NCBI GenBank assembly: GCA_905250005.1
Contig: CAJNOH010001581.1
Coordinates: 1-35,797 of the forward strand
Length of the DNA stretch: 35,797 bases
Source: Rotaria sordida
Taxonomy: Eukaryota
Direction: 5' to 3'
The position numbers and the translations under genes are program-made. The notes under the pieces were generated by a model. That model ran no database searches, was not told where the DNA came from, and saw nothing but the letters and a program-made list of their open reading frames with translations. Below, one piece after another: positions 33,942 to 35,797 of the stretch; the stretch's first letter is position 1; the number at the start of each line of letters is the position of its first letter.

Positions 33942-35003
33942 ATGAGTACTTCTTTTTGTTTATTTAAATCAGTGTCAACACAACTCTATCAGAAATCGAT
34001 CAATTGGGACAATCGTGCCCAAGGTCAATATACAGATGCTATGGCCAAAGCTGATTTTGGTTCGGTCAGCGGATGGAAAAACGATCGTGCATCGATCTCA
34101 GACGGGAAATTACGTATCACTTTACGAAAAAATGCATTGGGTGGGGAAAGCGGTATCATATCCAACACAAGAATCCCAGATGGTTCTGCATATGAGTTGG
34201 ATTTTGACGTTCGGTTTCATAGTCAATTCGACTGGAGTCGTGGTGGAAAAGTTGGTTTCGGTTTTGGCATCGGAAATCGAAATACAGGATGCAATCCCCC
34301 AAAAGATGGAGCGGGTGGAACTCTACGTTTAATGTGGTACAATGATAATAAACGAGTCTATTTCATTCCATATGTTTATTATTATGGTATGCCAGGGCAG
34401 TGTGGAGACAAGTTTGGCAAATCGTATCCATCAACTGGTATGAGTTATTATTCTTAAGGAAAGTTATATTCAGAATCACCGCTAGTTTGAAGTAGTCACT
34501 GTTCGAGATTACTTCTCCATTCGACATGCTTTTGAGCACGGATTATCCCCATAGAGTATCGAAACACAACCGAAAAGTCTTTAAAATTTCTTACCAGATC
34601 ATTTGATGATTCAGTAAAAAATGTCATCAATGATTGCGAAAGGGTGAATATAAAAACGTACTCTTTCTTAACTTTAGGTAGTATTGAAAAAGGCAAGTTG
34701 TACAGAGTTCATATGTATGTCAAATCAAACACTGGTAATAACGCCAATGGACACGTCCAAATAAAAATCAACGGAGAAGTGCTAATTGATCAGAGCATCC
34801 GGTGGACAACCAATGACAGTAAACGACTTATTAACAACTTGTCTTTTCACACGTGAGTTTTATTTCAGAATACTTTTGTTATAAGTACTTTATTTGACTT
34901 TTTTCAAAATAGATTTCGTGGAGGAAGCGAAGATCATTGGAAATCCAACGTTGATAGCATGATTTACTATGATAATTTGTCTGTCAGACAAATTAGTAAA
35001 TGA
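33942..35003 (+). CDS. Small secreted-looking beta-jelly-roll (concanavalin-like) protein, possibly polysaccharide-lyase-like. Exons 33942(or 33973)-34437, 34677-34852, 34913-35003. An alternative 5' mini-exon 33782-33803 ('MKLFTTT') would splice to 33973.
   Basis: Track ORF 33942..34457 ('...WDNRAQGQYTDAMAKADFGSVSGWKNDRASISDGKLRITLRKN...GFGFGIGNRNTGCNPPKDGAGGTLRLMWYNDNKRVYF...') continues through GT..AG introns 34438-34676 and 34853-34912. The downstream exons read 'G SIEKGKLYRVHMYVKSNTGNNANGHVQIKINGEVLIDQSIRWTTNDSKRLINNLSFHT|FRGGSEDHWKSNVDSMIYYDNLSVRQISK*'. Phases match: 1 then 1, and 2 then 2. The composition is Gly/Asn/Trp-rich. The family assignment is a guess. Confidence 0.6.
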
Positions 35004-35153
35004 GGTTTGCATCTTCAAACGATCTCGAACATATCGAATTCATGAATTCTATTTTTTTTTCTTATTACTCAAATAAATTTTCGCAAAATTTTGAGTGAAA
35101 TTGATTTCTTAAATATCTTGAAGATGTTAATGGTCTTCGGAGAACTAAAGAGT

Positions 35154-35292
35154 ATGGGTGTGGGTGGGTGTGGGTGTGGGTGGGTGTGGGTGTGGGTGTA
35201 GAAACGGAGACGTCGCCACCCACACCCACCCACACTCTGTACAGTGTGAATATTTAGTCGATCCACAGAGATTCACACCCACACTTATACCC
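35154..35292. repeat. Head-to-head telomere-like hairpin. G-tract at 35154-35199, loop 'gaaacggagacgtcgc', C-tract at 35217-35236, and a second short C-tract at 35272-35292.
   Basis: Read directly from the sequence. Confidence 0.85.
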
Positions 35293-35592
35293 TAAATAAT
35301 ATTCTTTCGTAAATTTCTTTTTGTCAGATATTGTTAATATAACTATTAGTTAAGAAATGAAACTCACAAAGATCAACTTCGAAATTTGATGTATTTTAGC
35401 ATTCGATTGAGTTGAAGAGAAAACTTTGAAAAATCAAAGATCTTCGTTCGATAAATGTCAATGGCAGTTTATTATCACGAACTATGAAGTATCTTTATTA
35501 ATATCATTGATAAAACATTATTTTATAAAGATTATCAGTCATCATGCTGCATTCGATTTTGAGCAACACATCTATTAATGAGTACTATTTTA

Positions 35593-35797
35593 CTATTGCG
35601 TAGAGTATTCCAGCTGACGTGACGGATCATTTGGTTGCTCAATAGCACGCTTTACTCGTCTTGCACTTTTATACACTTGTATACTGGCAAATGTTATAGA
35701 CACGACATTGATTCCACACATGAGAGAAAAGTAAGGTCCCGTATGCATTGCATTCTCAAGAGGAACGGCAATAGTGACAATAATGCCTGCTGCACAA
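35593..35797 (-). CDS. 3' end of a minus-strand gene that continues beyond the window. The C-terminal 67 aa read '...CAAGIIVTIAVPLENAMHTGPYFSLMCGINVVSITFASIQVYKSARRVKRAIEQPNDPSRQLEYSTQ*' and look like a membrane protein.
   Basis: The reverse-complement reading frame is open from the window edge to a TAG stop at 35593-35595. It contains a hydrophobic helix-like segment and is absent from the ORF track because it has no start codon within the window. Confidence 0.45.
   Translation of the reverse strand, partial: CAAGIIVTIAVPLENAMHTGPYFSLMCGINVVSITFASIQVYKSARRVKRAIEQPNDPSRQLEYSTQ

Overview
This is an AT-rich eukaryotic window (roughly 30% GC by eye) with compact genes and short GT-AG introns, mostly 48-80 bp. 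Its most conspicuous property is that telomere-like hexamer tracts (TGTGGG)n/(CCCACA)n occur at 12 or more loci. Most of them sit head-to-head, with a G-strand tract, a short spacer and then a C-strand tract, and therefore form hairpin palindromes. (TGTGGG)n is the telomeric repeat described for bdelloid rotifers, so I infer a subtelomeric or accessory region of a bdelloid-like genome; the host cannot be confirmed from sequence alone. There are also three long, unrelated near-perfect palindromes about 370, 550 and 950 bp long that look like foldback or MITE-like elements, and a decayed reverse-transcriptase remnant. Genes I can support are listed here. (1) A multi-exon cellular RNA-dependent RNA polymerase gene of the RDR family, with the DLDGD catalytic motif and a roughly 500-aa C-terminal extension. 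(2) A PARP4/vault-PARP-like gene of about 18 exons with BRCT, PARP regulatory, PARP catalytic (intact H-Y-E), VIT and vWA domains. (3) A calmodulin-like gene whose fourth EF-hand looks degenerate. (4) An unusual gene that joins a disordered Ser/Asp/Lys-rich N-terminal region to an Hsp70 substrate-binding domain with no ATPase domain. (5) An intronless ORF made of two homologous half-domains. (6) A small three- to four-exon gene for a secreted-looking beta-jelly-roll protein, tentatively polysaccharide-lyase-like, that may be foreign-derived. (7) The partial 3' end of a minus-strand membrane-protein gene at the window edge. The supplied ORF track used bacterial start codons (TTG/GTG), so many of its 'M' starts are artefacts, and several of its ORFs are translations of telomeric repeats or introns. 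All splice sites were inferred by eye from frame continuity and homology; the boundaries need RNA-seq confirmation.
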